Below are positions 47,801 through 61,420 of a stretch of DNA of 64,000 nucleotides, piece after piece (position 1 is the first letter of the stretch; each line of letters begins with the position of its first letter). The translations under genes and the position numbers were made by a program. The notes below the pieces were generated by a model, which saw nothing but the letters and a program-made list of their open reading frames with translations, made no database searches and was not told the DNA's origin. Source of the DNA: Euglena gracilis (lineage: Eukaryota); NCBI GenBank assembly GCA_039621445.1, contig CP154954.1, positions 25,680,954-25,744,953 on the forward strand, read 5' to 3'.

Positions 47801-50800
47801 TCACCAGCCACCAAAAGTTCCTTCTGAAAATGCAACAACACAAAGTTGCACCTCCTCAATTGGCACTAAGGTTACTAGTTTGCCGGGGAAAAGGAGACAG
47901 GCACATGGGGACTTGTGGTTGGTTAATTGACAGAAAGAACAAGGACAGAGTGCCTTCAACCTAAGTGTTGGACGATGCTGTTGTGGGGCCCCACCTTCCC
48001 CGGTATAGTCCCTGGTCGTGACACAAAGCATCGACCTGTCAACAGCTCGCGATGCGACCAGGGGTTTTTTAAAGACCGGGGGAGGGGGGTACCACCCACC
48101 CACCCCTTGGGGGCCCCCCGAGGGGGGGGGGGTCCTGGGGACCCACTCACTTTTCCCCGCCAATGGCCAAAAAATCGCAAAAAAATGCCAAAAATAACAC
48201 ACACCTTTTTTCAAAAATTTTCGGCGCCGAAAAACATATCCCACTCCCCCCTGGGGGGACCCCCCCCCAGGGGAGGGGGGGGCTCGGCCGGACCCACCCA
48301 CCCCAGGGCAGCACATCGTATGGTGGTGTTCACCGCCATCGGTTACAAAGCTTCCACCGGTGTGGCTGCTTCTGTGACAACAAGATTGAACCACAAAGAT
48401 GTGTAGCTGCACACTGTTTTCTAAACCACAACCCAAATAACACACAAACCACAAGCCTCCAAGTTTTTGTGAGTGTTTGTTGAAGTTTTCCAGAAACGTT
48501 GCCAACTGCCCAGAAACTGGCTTTGTGTTGCTGTCAAAAACTCACGTGTACGTGATAAAAAACGATGGCGACTCGACACCTCTATTTAAGAAGCTTTACC
48601 AGAGGTGGAGGGCTAACTCCACACCACGCCACACCATACCACACCTCCTCTCCAAATCATCCTCAGCAAGAAGGATGATAGGTGTACATGAGGCAACACA
48701 TTCCAAACTGTTCAGTGCCAGCTTCAAATTTACAAACAGGATGCGGCTGAGAACATATTGCACCATCGATCGGATGCAACCTGCAGCAAGGGAGTGACAA
48801 AAAAACGAAAGCAGAAACAACTTCAACGTTATGAATACATAACTTTCCGAAGATCTGACGAAAAAAAATGGGAAAGTTCTGACATGTGCTGATTATAATG
48901 ATTATAATTAGTGTATATGATTACCATCACCATGATTGGTGTGTGTGGCCTCTATAAATGTCCATAAACAGGTATAGGAAAAATTGGTTGACCTTGCAAT
49001 CTTGGAGCCAAGTTTTGGCAAAAAAAAACAAATTTTCAGGGGCCAAATTGTAGGGTACAGAGGGGGAGCAAACTCCCTAAGTTGGCAACGTCCCGAGGGA
49101 GTAGGTATACCACACATATGGTTAGCAAAATTTCCCCAGTCAGGGCGTTCAGCAGCACGGCACCACAGCCAAATGCGGTGCTGTGGGAGGGGTGACACCA
49201 GGCCAATCCACCCCATTTACGACCAACGCTGCAAATCTCTGCCCCCAGAAATCTCGAGGAACAGCAGCGAGAGTGCAGTGGAAGGCGCGGCATGTGCTCC
49301 GGAAGGCCAACAAGTCGGGCAGCGGGCAGCGGCAAGCATCTCCCCACCTCACCCCCATCCACGTCTGGTTTCCCCCTCCCCACTCCCAGCGTGTGTGGTT
49401 GTGTGGCAGGTGACGGAAGCCTGTGAGGGTGTGGTGCACAACTAGCACTGGCGCACAGCATCAACCAGGGGCCCTGGAGGAAATGCCTGGCCAGAACCGC
49501 AACACATGTGCCAAAGCGTCGTGGCTCAGGGGCAAAGGACTGTGCGGGGCCCCTTCAAAATCATCTGCGCCCGCCTGCATGTGGGGGAGTACAAAGGACT
49601 TCAACGAAGTGAAAGGTTGCAAAAAAACCCACTTTTTCAATGCCGGGTGATATCCACTATTTGATTTGCTGGAAAATTTGAGGCTCGTTCAAATTGGGGG
49701 GAGGGGCATTATCAGAGGGAGGGTCGCTGAGCCCTGAACCCTCAAGAGAAAAAAGCAGATCATCACCACCAGAGATAACTGCAGATCATCACAACAACCC
49801 TGGCCCCCTTTCCGGATTTTTTTTTCAATCACAAACAACTGGATCTAAGCTTTCTGAAACCCTTCCATTTGATCACCACTCTCCACCAGGCCCAATTTAT
49901 CCAGCCAACAAGGGGTTCCAAAATGGGTAGGATTAGCCACCCCACTACCCACGACTACTGACGGACGACCCTGCTACCCACGACTCTGCATCCTCCACAT
50001 GCTGGGTCGTCCGACCCACATCTTCATGGATGGCCCTTTCAGGTTGCTGCGGAAAAAAAGGAGGGTCCTCCAGACACACACCATGGGGATGACTTCCCAG
50101 AGTACCCCCTCTGGCTGAACATCAAAGGGCCCGTTCAGTGAGGGGCTTCATCTCAGCAGCTGGTGCGGATAAAAAAACCCAAATGAACCAAATGCAAATA
50201 CAAGCAAGATTGTAAACAAACGAGATTGACAGCCAGACTGACCCACCTGGGGTTCCCCACGTGGGGCTGAGCTTGGGATGGGGTCCCGTCCAAGGTCAAA
50301 ACTGGAAAAATGCCAATCATCAATTTTCGCAAAACAAAAATTTTAATGCGAAGGTTTGAGCTGAGGAGTGCATTCGATGTCCGATGTGGTCAGGTCTTTT
50401 TTGCTTTTCCCTTTTTGCAGCAAAGAAAGTCTGTTGTCATTTATACGACCTTTTGGGAAGCTGGACAGGAATGAGTTCAGTGGAAGGGGGGATCCAGGGG
50501 GTAACAGGGGTGGGGATAACGCAGGAGAATTTTTTCCAAATCATGCAAGATTATGCGGTAATTTATTATGCAGGACTATACTAGATTATGCGGAAAAAAT
50601 CGGAGTAAAAATGAAAAAATGGGTGTTATTTGCATTCATGCAAAGTCAAAGCCTGCAACTTTGGCCTGAAATGATGCCCAAATACGTCCGACGTTGGCCC
50701 AGAAGAGCCCAAAAACAGCCCGATTCATCCAACGCTCATCATCATTCGTTCAACAACATCCAACACTGAAATTAGCCCAAAATGACACAAAATGGCTCCA

Positions 50801-53800
50801 AAATGAACCAGATTAACAAAAATCTGGTTCATTTTTTAGGCTGCTTCTTAGGGTTCAGCAGCCTAACACGGTGCTGAACCCCCAAAGAGATGTGACCTGT
50901 GCCTTATTATCGGATCTGTTGATGGAAATCTCCAAGGGTTAGGGGCTTATTTGGGGGGGTCCTGTTTTGGGATTTTTCTTTGACCGACCTTCTTCAGGTT
51001 CCCAAATACATACAAATTTTTCCAGCACTTTGCGCCATGTGAAACTGCTCTCTTATTGAGACTTCAAATGATTTTTGAGTCTAAAAGTGCCAAAAGTTTC
51101 AGCGATCACATCATTTTTGCACCAAAAAAGGGGTTGTCAGAGATTTTCGCGGTTTCGGGTCGGGGGTGTCATTTTCGGATTTTTGGTTTGGTTGGCTCAG
51201 GGGGGTCATACTTTGGGGGTTTCATGTTTCATGGGGGAAGCATGTGCAAAAAAAACTAGAAAATAATATTGGACCATATGGCACTCTCCTGGGCTTCAGG
51301 ATCTCATGGTTTCCTCCCTTCCAGAATGACAAAGTGTTGTAGTAAACCTCCAAAAAAACAATAATAATAATAATAATAATAATATGATCATAAAGTAAAA
51401 CACCCACAGGGATATATGGAAGCTAGGGATTAAAAAAACTTCGGGGGGTAAACCTCCAACTCTAAACTGATGAGGGCTGAAAAAAAATTCAAAGGGTGAA
51501 AAATTGCAGACAATGACATTTGAACTGTGGAAAATGCAAAAATAATGAGCAAACCTGAAAAATTTGAGTGGAAAAACAACATCTCCAAGGCAAGTGCCAG
51601 CGTGATTTTTGGCTTTCTTGAAGGAGGGGTGGGTACATCAGACCCCCCCCCAAATCTGACATCTGGGAATGGTCTGCAGCAACCACATTGACCCTCTAGG
51701 AGGGGGGATTGAAACCCCTCCCCACAACCACCTTCCTCAAAGCAAGGGCTTTCCAAACATCCCTGCCCCCTGAGGACCAACTTTTGACTGCTCTAATAGT
51801 TCCTCCGCACCAAAGAAAACGAAAAAGAGTGTACAACAAATTGGAGAAAATAAAGAAAACGATGAAATAATAAAGAAAACAAAAGGAGCATTCATTGTGC
51901 AAGGGAGGGCCTTTTCTTTATTGAATTTTCCCAAAAAAAAAACAAATTATGCGGGATTATGCGGTCCCCTGCTTGCAAGAAAGGTTGCCAGCTGGAAAAA
52001 CGTTGCAAGCTGGCTGTACCCCATCCACCCCCCCCCCTTCCGGTGGTGGTTCCCTTTGGTTTCAGTGGCCCTGGTGGGAACGAAAGGGAACGGAAAAAAA
52101 AACCGGAACCCAAAGCACTCGAAGCTCATCACTGCCATGCACTGTGCTCTCAGCGAAGACCTCCACCCCTTTGCCCTCGCACAGAACGAGGCCAGGCAGT
52201 TGGGCGTGCACTTCTACCACGTCGCGGCCGGTGAACAGAAAGCAACTCTCATCCTGCACACTGAGCCAGCCAACTGGGGAGGTGAGGTACTCCAGGTTGG
52301 CGCAGCACTCCTGCAAAGGCAATGAGGCTGTTGTTTCAATATTTTGGTGCTAACTGCCCCCAGCATAAATTTTGTTCATATCCTTCTTTATGAGGATTTC
52401 TCCTTTGATTGGATCTTTTCTTGATCGACCCAAAATGTTAGACCGATGGTTTATGAGATACGGGGAAGGGGGATTGGTTAATGCGAACTCAATGCCATCA
52501 GGAAATAATTTGGCAAATAGACAAATTCTGCATTTAAAAATGGAACATAAAGACGATTGCTGTGGGAGTGTAAAATCAATGAACGATGGCAGGAAGGTGA
52601 TACGTTGCGTGAGAAGGGGAGCTAAACCATGCAAACCCTTTTAGACCCTTTTAAACCCTTCTATTTAGAACCCTTTCAAAATAGGGTAAGGGATTGAGTT
52701 GGGGGTTTGGGTTAGAGTCAGGGGGTTAGGGGGTTACTGTCCCCGGAAAAAATAACAACCGGAAAAAATAACAACCGGAAAAAATAACAACCGGAAAAAT
52801 AACAACCCGGAAGGCTTCAGAGCAACAAGGATGTCAATATGGAATTCACGAAAAACTGGGTCCAGGTCATCAAATCAGGTCAGCGTCGACGTCTAGTTTC
52901 TTGTTCACGGAAGGCTTTGCTGCAAGGACATGCTTTTCCATGACGATTCTGAAAGGAACAAAGGGGTTTGCTCATCCATACTGGCCCCGCCACCCTCTCA
53001 GCCAGGCCAAGTGAGAAAGTATCCAAAGAGCCATGGCGAAGGCGGGGCCTTTACACAGGAAAAAATTTGGAAAAATAACAACCGAAAAAATAACAACCTG
53101 AAAGGCTTAGGTTGTTATTTTTTCCGGGGACAGTAAGTTTAAGTGGTTAAGGTTGGGGGGGGGGGTTGTAGGGTTAGAGTTGGGTAGTCCAGTTTGTCTC
53201 AGAAAGACCCCAGCGACCCTCCAGTGTGCAGATGATCCAATTAACTGAGGGGGTGGGAACAGGAATCCCCTTCCAAAAAAAATCGAGACAGTTCTTGACC
53301 CAAAAATGACCCCACCATTAAAACCAAAACTTCCAAATACAAAAAGCATCAACTAATTTGATGTTTTAGAATCCAACTGTCCAAAAAAAAAAGCAAAAGA
53401 CCCACACAATCCACACTTCTGCATTTCAAAAAACGTTCAATTAAAAGTGCATTTAAAAAAAAATCGAAAAAAATTTGCCTAGGTCAGGCAATCCAGTTCG
53501 GCCACCGAAACACCCTCAGAAGTGGTCGATCCGGGTCAAAACAATTGGATGATTTAATTATCCAGGGGGCCTGAACCCCCCCATTGCCTATCTCCTGGGG
53601 TCAGAGTAAAGGGGTGAGGGTTATGGTTAGGGTTAGGGTTAGGGGATGGGGCAGGGTTAGGGTTAGGATTAGGATTGGGGTCGCTGAGCTTTTATCTCTC
53701 TGGAGTAAACCCCCCCCCAAATATAAGAAACCCCTCGCTATAAGAAACCCCCAAATATAAGAAACCCTTTGCCTGATTTTCAGCCGACACCCAAATATAA

Positions 53801-56800
53801 GAAACCCCCAAATATAAGAAACCCCTGGGCTGTTGGACGCCAATCCAAATATAAGAAACCCCTCATTTTCACCATGGGCCACAGCAAATCTCAAGGCGCG
53901 GTCAACACAAAGATGAAGTCAGTCCAGTCTATTGCTTCTTTGCAAAGCAAGAGTTCAGCAGCAACTGCTTTTTGGAGACACCTGTCCGTGCCACGACCCT
54001 CTTCCCCACTGCTCCAATGGCAGTCAGACATTAAGAATCCTATGCACGGCTGTCACATGTAATTAATTATATGAATGATCCGAAGGAAGAAAAAGTTCCA
54101 TTTATAAGAAACCCTTGGGGCCGGCCTTCGACACCCAAATATAAGAAACCCCCAAATATAAGAAACCCTTTGGGCCGATCGGCCGACACCCAAATATAAG
54201 AAACGGGTTTCTTATATTTGGGGGGGGGGGTTTAAGAGCGAAGCTCACCAGTTTGGACCTCTTGTCAGTTGAGTAACTTGGGCCTGGCAGGGAGTGGGGG
54301 AGGGGGGGTCAAACGGAGGTGATTCAAAAAGCCGGGATGCAGTCACTTGCAATTGAAGAAAATTCTTTGAACAGGGCCGGGGTCGTGGTGATAATCTGCA
54401 GTTCCCATTACTGGGGGGGAGGAGGGTTCAACCCTTCCCTTTTTCCCCGGTGGGATTAGCCACCCCCCCCCCCAGATTTGACTCTGCCATTCCACTGGGG
54501 TGAGATTTTGGTTCAAACAGATTTTTCAAAAATATCGCAAAAGAATAAACTCCTCAAATATAAAACCTGGGGGTTTCATAATTGGGGGGGTTATTCTTTC
54601 TCGAGATATCTCAAGAGATTCAAAAAATATATAACCCCCAGGCTTTATATTTGAGCAGAAATTTCAGGACCCTCAAGGGGGTTTGGGGGGGTTTGGGGGG
54701 GGGGGTTGTATTTGGGTGGGGAAATCAAATTTCCAAAGCGCATATACAATTTTGCCCAAAGTTCACCATTTTTGGGCAAATTTCCAGTTGATGACCATTT
54801 TTTGGAGAGAAAAAAATGTCAAAATCATCCCCTGAAAGTGTAACGAAATGCTGGAATTGTCGGGATTTTTCCCTTCTGCTGTTTCCCAGAGGGGGTGGTT
54901 ATATTTGGCGAAATTTCAAGACCCAAAGGGGGGTTTATATCAGGGGGTTACATTACTTCCGAAAGCATCTGCCAGACCAAATGTACCCTGGAGACCCTCT
55001 ATCACCCCCAACACACCATTTTGGCTGCCACCTGGCTGTGTTCTGGCTCGTTTTTGTGGCCCCCAAAACGGCCATTTTGGGGTGTTTTAGGCCGTTTTTC
55101 GGGTCAACAATCGATTTTTTCAAAATATGTTGGAAGTAAAATAAAAACAGAAGGAATGTCCAGCGACCAAAAAATGAAGCCCTTGGAATGCCCTATCAAA
55201 CCATATTTTAACTTTTTTGCCGATTCTTTTGTTTAGCTCAAATTATGGCCATTTTTCAGTCATTTCTGTATTTCTGGGGCCATCTTTGGGTTGTATTGGG
55301 GTCAAAAAAATCAGTCTTTCTGAAATACCTCAGAAAGCAAAATCAAAGAAAATGTTCGGCAACCTAAAAGAAAGCCCTTTGAAATCTAATGGTAATATCA
55401 TCTAATGGTAATTTGATTCCCCATATTTTCACGGACAGCTCAAATTTTGCCACTAATGGTCATTTCGCTCCAAATTCTGTACATTTGGCCCAGGCTTCTT
55501 TTTAAGACCCCCAAAAAAAGTGGGGGAGGGGGGGTCCCCCCCACCCATCCAGGGTGGCGCGGGATCCCCCGGGGGGGGGGGGGGGGGGGCAGGGACCCCC
55601 AAAATCGGGCCCATTAAAGACAATTTTCAAAAATTTTAGGCGCTTCGCGCCGAAAAGGTATACCCAGCGCCTCCGGCGCGGGACCCCCCCCCTGGGGGGG
55701 GGGGGGGGGTCCGGCCCGGACCCACCCACCCACCTCCCCTCCCCCCCAGGGGGGGGGGTCTTCTGACTTAAAAAGAAGCCTGATTTGGCCTGTTTTGAAT
55801 TGGCCAACTTGGGCCATTTTGGTGTCAAAAAATCAACATTTTCAAATATCTCCAAATGTGGCCAATGTGTCGAAGCAAATGACCCTCAGGACCTTGCATC
55901 AACCAGTAAACCCCCCTGAATAGAAGCCCCCCCCCCCGAATAATGCCCCCCCCCCCGAATAGAAGCCCCCCTCCCTCGGTTTTCAACCAAAATTCCGAAT
56001 AGTCCCCCCCCCGAATGGTAGGCCCCTGCCCGTGGATCTGTCAATTGGGACGGATGGCAATTTGGTTTCTTCAGGCATTGGTTAAATGAGGGTTGGGTAA
56101 TTTTATGTTTCATGATCCAATTCTCCACAAGAGTAACATTTGCAGCAAATTTGACATGGTTTGGAAAGGTAGGACATGTGGACCACACAAATAACTTTCT
56201 TCGATAATTCTCGGACCCCCTGGTTTTCGACCACTTTTCCGAATAGTGCCCCCCCCCCCCGAATTGAAGCCCCCCCCTCAGTTTTCGACCAACGTTCCGA
56301 ATAGAAGCCCCCGGGGGCTTCTATTCAGGGGGGGGGGGGGTTATAGCCTCCTGGACCAGCTGCACGGCTGGCCCCAATACAATACAGCCCATTTCAGTCT
56401 TTTTTGGGCCCAAAAAAAATCAAAAGCATCAAAAGATCTTCAAAATGATAGCCAATCTCTTAAAAGCCCTAGCTAATGTTATTTTGATTCCCCGCAACTG
56501 AATGCCAGGCCGATAGGTGCCCCACCCGGCCGGCCAGCCAGGCCGCGCCAGGCTGGCCTGACCCGCCAGGCCGGGCCGGGCCGGGCCGAAAGCCGCCGGC
56601 AACCATACATCTGCTCAAACATCAAAATTTTACTGCCCAGGGCTGCCGAGTCATCAAAAGCGCACAATAAGAAATTACAAGCCTGTGCAATTGTGCAATG
56701 CCCTATCTGATGGTACCTGGTTTTCACACAGCCAGCTAGAGTTATAGCCCGTGTTCCACAGAAATTTTTTGACCAGGCTTTTGGCCTTTTTTGGTCCGTT

Positions 56801-59050
56801 TTGGGCCAAAACTTGACAAAAAACCCAATTCTCAAAATATCTCAAAAATGAAGCAAAACCAAACAAAACGTCCGGAGACCTGCTAAATTGAAACCCTTAA
56901 AACACCCTATCTAATGGTATTTTGATTTTCTTGCAACTCCCCACCTAGCCCGAGACATGGCCAATTTTCGCCTAAACAGGCTTCTTTTTACCAACCCTGA
57001 TGGAGGGGTGCCTTGTGCTGTGGGGTGCCTGTCCACAGCAGGAACCCCCCAGGGAGTCAGTTTTGGACCCTGGTGCCTGCTGACCAAGCCAAATTTCCCT
57101 TGAAAACAGCCATTTTGGGGCGCCGGAGCATTTGGAGCCGGGGGGTGTGCTATAGCACTACCCACCCCAAAACCCAACCACAAATTTCGTCAAGCTTGAG
57201 ACAAGAAAAAGTGGTGCCAAACCTTCTGTAGATCCCCCCCACACAGCCAAAACCGGGGGGGGGGGGATAATCGGTCAGGTCCCCCACCAGGCTCCTCCGG
57301 CTGAGAAAGGGGCGGTGCTTTCCAAAGAACCACAAATCACAGCGTAGTGGTTGTTTTGGGCCCCAGCTGGGTCTGATGCAGGCAAATTGCAATGTTGCAA
57401 AAAAATGTTTGCACCCCAGCGCCGTTGGCGCCAGAGATGTGATGTGGCACCACCCACCCCAAAACCCAACTCCCCCCATTTGGGGGGATGTGATCAGACG
57501 TGTCTAATTTTTCCATCCCTAACCAAAAATGGGAGGATTCTCGACTGGGGGAAATCTACAGAACCAAAAAAAAACATGCCAGGTGCCAGCAATTGTCACC
57601 TTTTCCAGTTATTTTAGAATTTGGAGAAGAGTTTCGCCCTCTGGAAATACACATATGTACACCACATTTTGGTGGTAACCCTGAGATTCCTGGACCCCTG
57701 GGTCGTTTTGCCGAGAAAAATGAGGTTCATTAGTGCAGCTCTGTAAGGCCAAAGCCTTGGCTCAGGGACACTGCACCCCCAGTTCTTGTGCCTTTTTTAA
57801 TGACTTGTTTCATTTACAACTGTCCCCGCCTGTCGGTTCCATTTATTCCTTCTCCAACTGTGGGGCTACAAGAACACCCCCTATAGCAATTTTTACTGTC
57901 ACAGGAAGAATCAATGGTCCGAGCAAAGTGGGGGAGACAGAGAGGGAAACACCATTATTGCAGCGGCAACACTTGCGGCAAGTATGCTGCTCGCGGTCAC
58001 ACTCATCTCAAAAGCGCCGTCAGGCGGAGGTGGTTCTTCATTCAGCGCCACATCCATTTTTTGTTTCTGTGTTTTCCATTGCCACCAAACACAGCCGAGA
58101 AGGCTCACATTGTGAATGCTCCTTCTGGTGGAAGTCAGAGGTTCGGTGCCACACACACCCGAAGGACACTGCTTATGGGACAGTGCAGTAAGGAATTGCA
58201 ACACACCAACTGGCTGTGCATCGTTGCACCATTGTCTTTCAAAAAATCAAGGCACCAACGCAATGGGATATCACCAGGCTCCCGTTCAGCTTGCTGCATG
58301 CCATTCAGCTGTGGAAGTTGAAAGTTTTGGGACGCAGCTTTCACACATACACATTACACGTTTCAAACTCTTGAAACGAAGTTTTTAAAATTATAATGTT
58401 ACAGCATGCACAAACATGAACGAAAAACAGCGGCATGACACCAGGCACACCCCCATGAGTGCCTGGGCCCCTGTCAGACTCACCTTTCAACCAAAACCTG
58501 AAATAAACATGCCCCACCCCACACCTCCAGTCCATCCCATCTCGTTGCAGAAACTCAAACGCGAAGACAGTCTCATCAACAGGCGACAAACATCAAGGTT
58601 GCTGAGATGGGCCTGGTCAGGGTTTAAGGTGAAAGTCGATGGCCCCAATACTTTGTAGTCCCTTTCTACAGACACCAAAACATGAGATTGGTGCCAGTGG
58701 AGGTCCAAAAAACAGTCGAAATACGCGGCCCTCTCAATACTGAGTGTGGGTCCCTCAACAGCGTACAAGAGGAGTGAGCGTACAGCAGTTGAGGCAAGGG
58801 TTAAAGTGGAGTTAGGGTCAGGGTAAAGGATAAGGTTAGAGATGAGTTAGGTTAGGGATCTAGGGCAGAATTAGCGTTAGGGATAGGGCCAGGGTTAGGG
58901 CCAGGGTCAGGTTTAAGAGTACGAGGATTAGGCCCTTTGTTCTCCCAAAGGTTCCAAACAGTAGAGCTTCGGCCAGTCACCTTCTTGTTGGGAAAGGCAA
59001 CCTCCCAATCAGTTTCCCAGGCTGGGCCACTGACCGGGGTAAGGGCAGGC
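47801..59050 (-). CDS. Putative 3' part of an unknown multi-exon gene
   Basis: Candidate exons 59050-58981, 58739-58525, 48780-48645, 48035-47995 and 47823-47801. All have CAG acceptors, the first four have GTG donors, and the chain is phase-consistent and stop-free until ...EGTFGGW*. No family recognised; further exons may be missing. Confidence 0.45.
52737..53133. mobile_element. TA-TSD MITE (Tc1/mariner-like)
   Basis: TIR ctgtccccggaaaaaataacaacc; TA on both sides; internal ggaaaaataacaacc repeats. Confidence 0.8.
53708..54232. mobile_element. TA-TSD MITE with aaatataagaaacccc repeats
   Basis: TIR aacccccccccaaatataagaaaccc; TA TSD supported by the empty site gagTAagagc near 43420. Confidence 0.8.
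55491..55782. mobile_element. hAT-like MITE
   Basis: 16-bp TIR caggcttctttttaag; perfect 8-bp TSD atttggcc. Confidence 0.9.
55905..56346. mobile_element. pogo/Tigger-like MITE
   Basis: Inverted ends cccccctgaatagaagcccc / gggcttctattcagggggg; internal ccgaatag repeats. Confidence 0.6.
58797..58935 (+). repeat. Degenerate interstitial TTAGGG-like tract; others at 52682-52736 and 53605-53680
   Basis: 6-bp periodic (gg)ttag variants. Confidence 0.7.
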
Positions 59051-59753
59051 CTGTCAGCAACATGTGCATGGACAGGTCGACGAATGCATGGGGGCGACTT
59101 TGTTTGAAAGACGATGCTTTTCACACAGGACATAAGATTGACAAGACAATGTGAAGTGCAAAAAAAAGCGAACAACTTTCGTGAAAGTGGTCGGCAAAAA
59201 AACACAGATTTTTGCGAACTATTCTTTGTACATTTCTGGCTGGCTTACCTTCAGAGGTTCAATATCAGGAAAACCTTGTTTTCATAGCTTCGTGGAGAGA
59301 TTCAGATTATTTGGAACTGATGAAGCTGTGATTTCCAGTGTTTTTTTTATCCAGAAGGCAAAATAATTCGAAAAGATTGTGTGTTGTTGTTGGTCACACC
59401 TTTCCTCTGCAACTATTTTCTTCTCCCTCCTTCGCTGACAAAAAAAATTCCCAATTCCCTTGTTTGTTTTCTGTGTGGACGCCGTCAATGCATCCCGATC
59501 TGCCAAAAAGGCCAGAAGACAGAAGGAAAAAGAAGGATGGTGAAATGTCATGGAGGTATTCCTCATTGATGCCAAAAGAAAACTGAAGCTGTTGACCTTC
59601 TCAAAGCGCAACCATTGGGAGCAACAACGTCAAGTTTGCTCATTCGAATTGCTAGTTTCTTCTTACTCCTTCTCACCCAGGGAAAAAAACCTTTGTGGAT
59701 ATTGCTAAGGTGGTTGAAAAGGTTATTGATAATTACCACTTGCCCATGTCAAT

Positions 59754-60372
59754 ATGCCGCTCTCATTGTGCAATGAAGCTCCGTGCATGGTGTGTATGGC
59801 AGTAATGCCCCTGTTTGAACCCCTCCCAAAAACTTCTAGAGGAGCTGCCCGGGATTCCCAAAAGGTTTGCGAGCTGCATGGGGCAACATTTGACAAACTG
59901 GACGGCTGGCTCTTGGCATTTGCTCTTTTGGACGGTAAAGGTCACATGCCTTTTTGATCACGGTGACGAGAAGCAACAGGCAGCCCCCGCCCAACGCAAA
60001 GAAATTTGTGCTAATGCCAAGGTGCAGGATCGGTCCTGGTTCCCCTCTACGTTGACCACGATGGTCAACGCTTTGGCTGCATTGTACAGGAAATCACCCT
60101 CCCATGTCGGCTCCTTTGTGCCTTCGGTGCAGTCACATTATCCACAATTTTGTACCTTTTTCGACGCTGCTTCTCTTCGCGAGAAGAAGCAAAAAGTCGA
60201 GGAGCAGGAGGTGCCTGTAGTGTCCGAGGAAGAAATTTTGCGGCTCTTTGACCTGACAAACTGGAACCACTTTTTGGAGAGCCAGAGGATGAATTTATTG
60301 TTGATTGCCCACTTGGGCCAAAGGCCTGAGACATTTTTGGAGCTGACGGTGTTCACCCGAGCGGGAGGGTGA
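59754..60372 (+). pseudogene. Degenerate tyrosine recombinase (Crypton-like) fragment
   Basis: Two overlapping frames give DKLDGWLLAF.../PSTLTTMVNAL... then VSEEEILRLF...RMNLLLIAHLGQRPETFLEL, resembling the YR N-terminal helices and box I (G-x-R-x-x-E). Frameshifted and truncated before HxxR/Tyr. Confidence 0.5.
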
Positions 60373-60629
60373 CCGAAGCTTTGCCCAGCACTGTTTCTTA
60401 AAACTTTTGTTTTTGGTCGTCTCGCACCTCTTTGCACCGAATTCCAAATGAATCTGGTTTTTTGTAATGTTGTCCTGTTGCTTCAGTCCAAGACACCGGT
60501 TCGGGCGGGAAATTTTACGCCCGAACCGGTGTCCAAGACACCAGTTCGGGCGTGAACCCAGAGCCTCCATGCACGGTTTCAACCCGTTTATGATCACCCC
60601 CCAAAGAAAGAACCTCTTGACACACCTGT

Positions 60630-61420
60630 GGCACCCCCCAACCTGTGGCACGAAAGCTGGCCCCAAGATCTGGCCCAAGATGTGGCGCCAAACTGTCCCA
60701 AAATGTCGCGTCACCTGGTCCCAAGCCAAACCAAAACCAAACCAAACTAAAACCAAACCGCCCAAGATGTGCCCAAAATCTGGGCCCAAGATGTGGCACC
60801 AAACTGGTCCCAAGATCAAGGTTGACGGCTTGCTTTTCGAAACAAAAAAAAACACGTTTTTGAAGGAAAAAATATGTTTTTTTTTAATAATAAAAAAACC
60901 TCATGGAGGGTTTGGGGGAAATTTTTTGAAATTTTTTAGAAAAAAGTTCATTTTTTATCTTTGCAGCTTCGTAGTCCGTAAAGGACGTTGGCTTTCACAT
61001 GTGCGACACCTTGCCAACCACATCATTTTAGGATGAAGGGTCTGGAAAAAAAAAACGTCACTTTTTGATGACCAAAAAAAAATGACTTTAAAACTTTTTC
61101 CTCAAAAAAATGGCCATTTCTCAAGGAAAATTGTCAATTTTTGATTTTTCAAAAAAAGTTTTTTTTGTTTGTTTTTTTGAAGAACAACATGATTTTTTTT
61201 CAAAAAACAAAAAAAATGTCAACCCTGCCCAAGATGTTGCCCCACCTGTGGGCAAATGATGTGGCACAATTTCTGCCCCAAGATGTGGCACCGAACTGGC
61301 CCAAGATGTGGTTTCAAAGTGTTACGCCAAACTGGTGCCCCAAAATGTGCCCCCCCCCTGTGGCCAAGATGTGGCAGCAAACTGGCCCTAAAAGATGGCT
61401 GGAAAGCTGGCCCCATTTGT
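60630..61420 (+). repeat. Scattered cccaagatgtggc repeats, probably subterminal repeats of an element
   Basis: More than 8 copies in two clusters. Confidence 0.6.

Noticed and set aside
53605-53680. True telomere
   Set aside because: Short, degenerate and internal, with ordinary sequence on both sides
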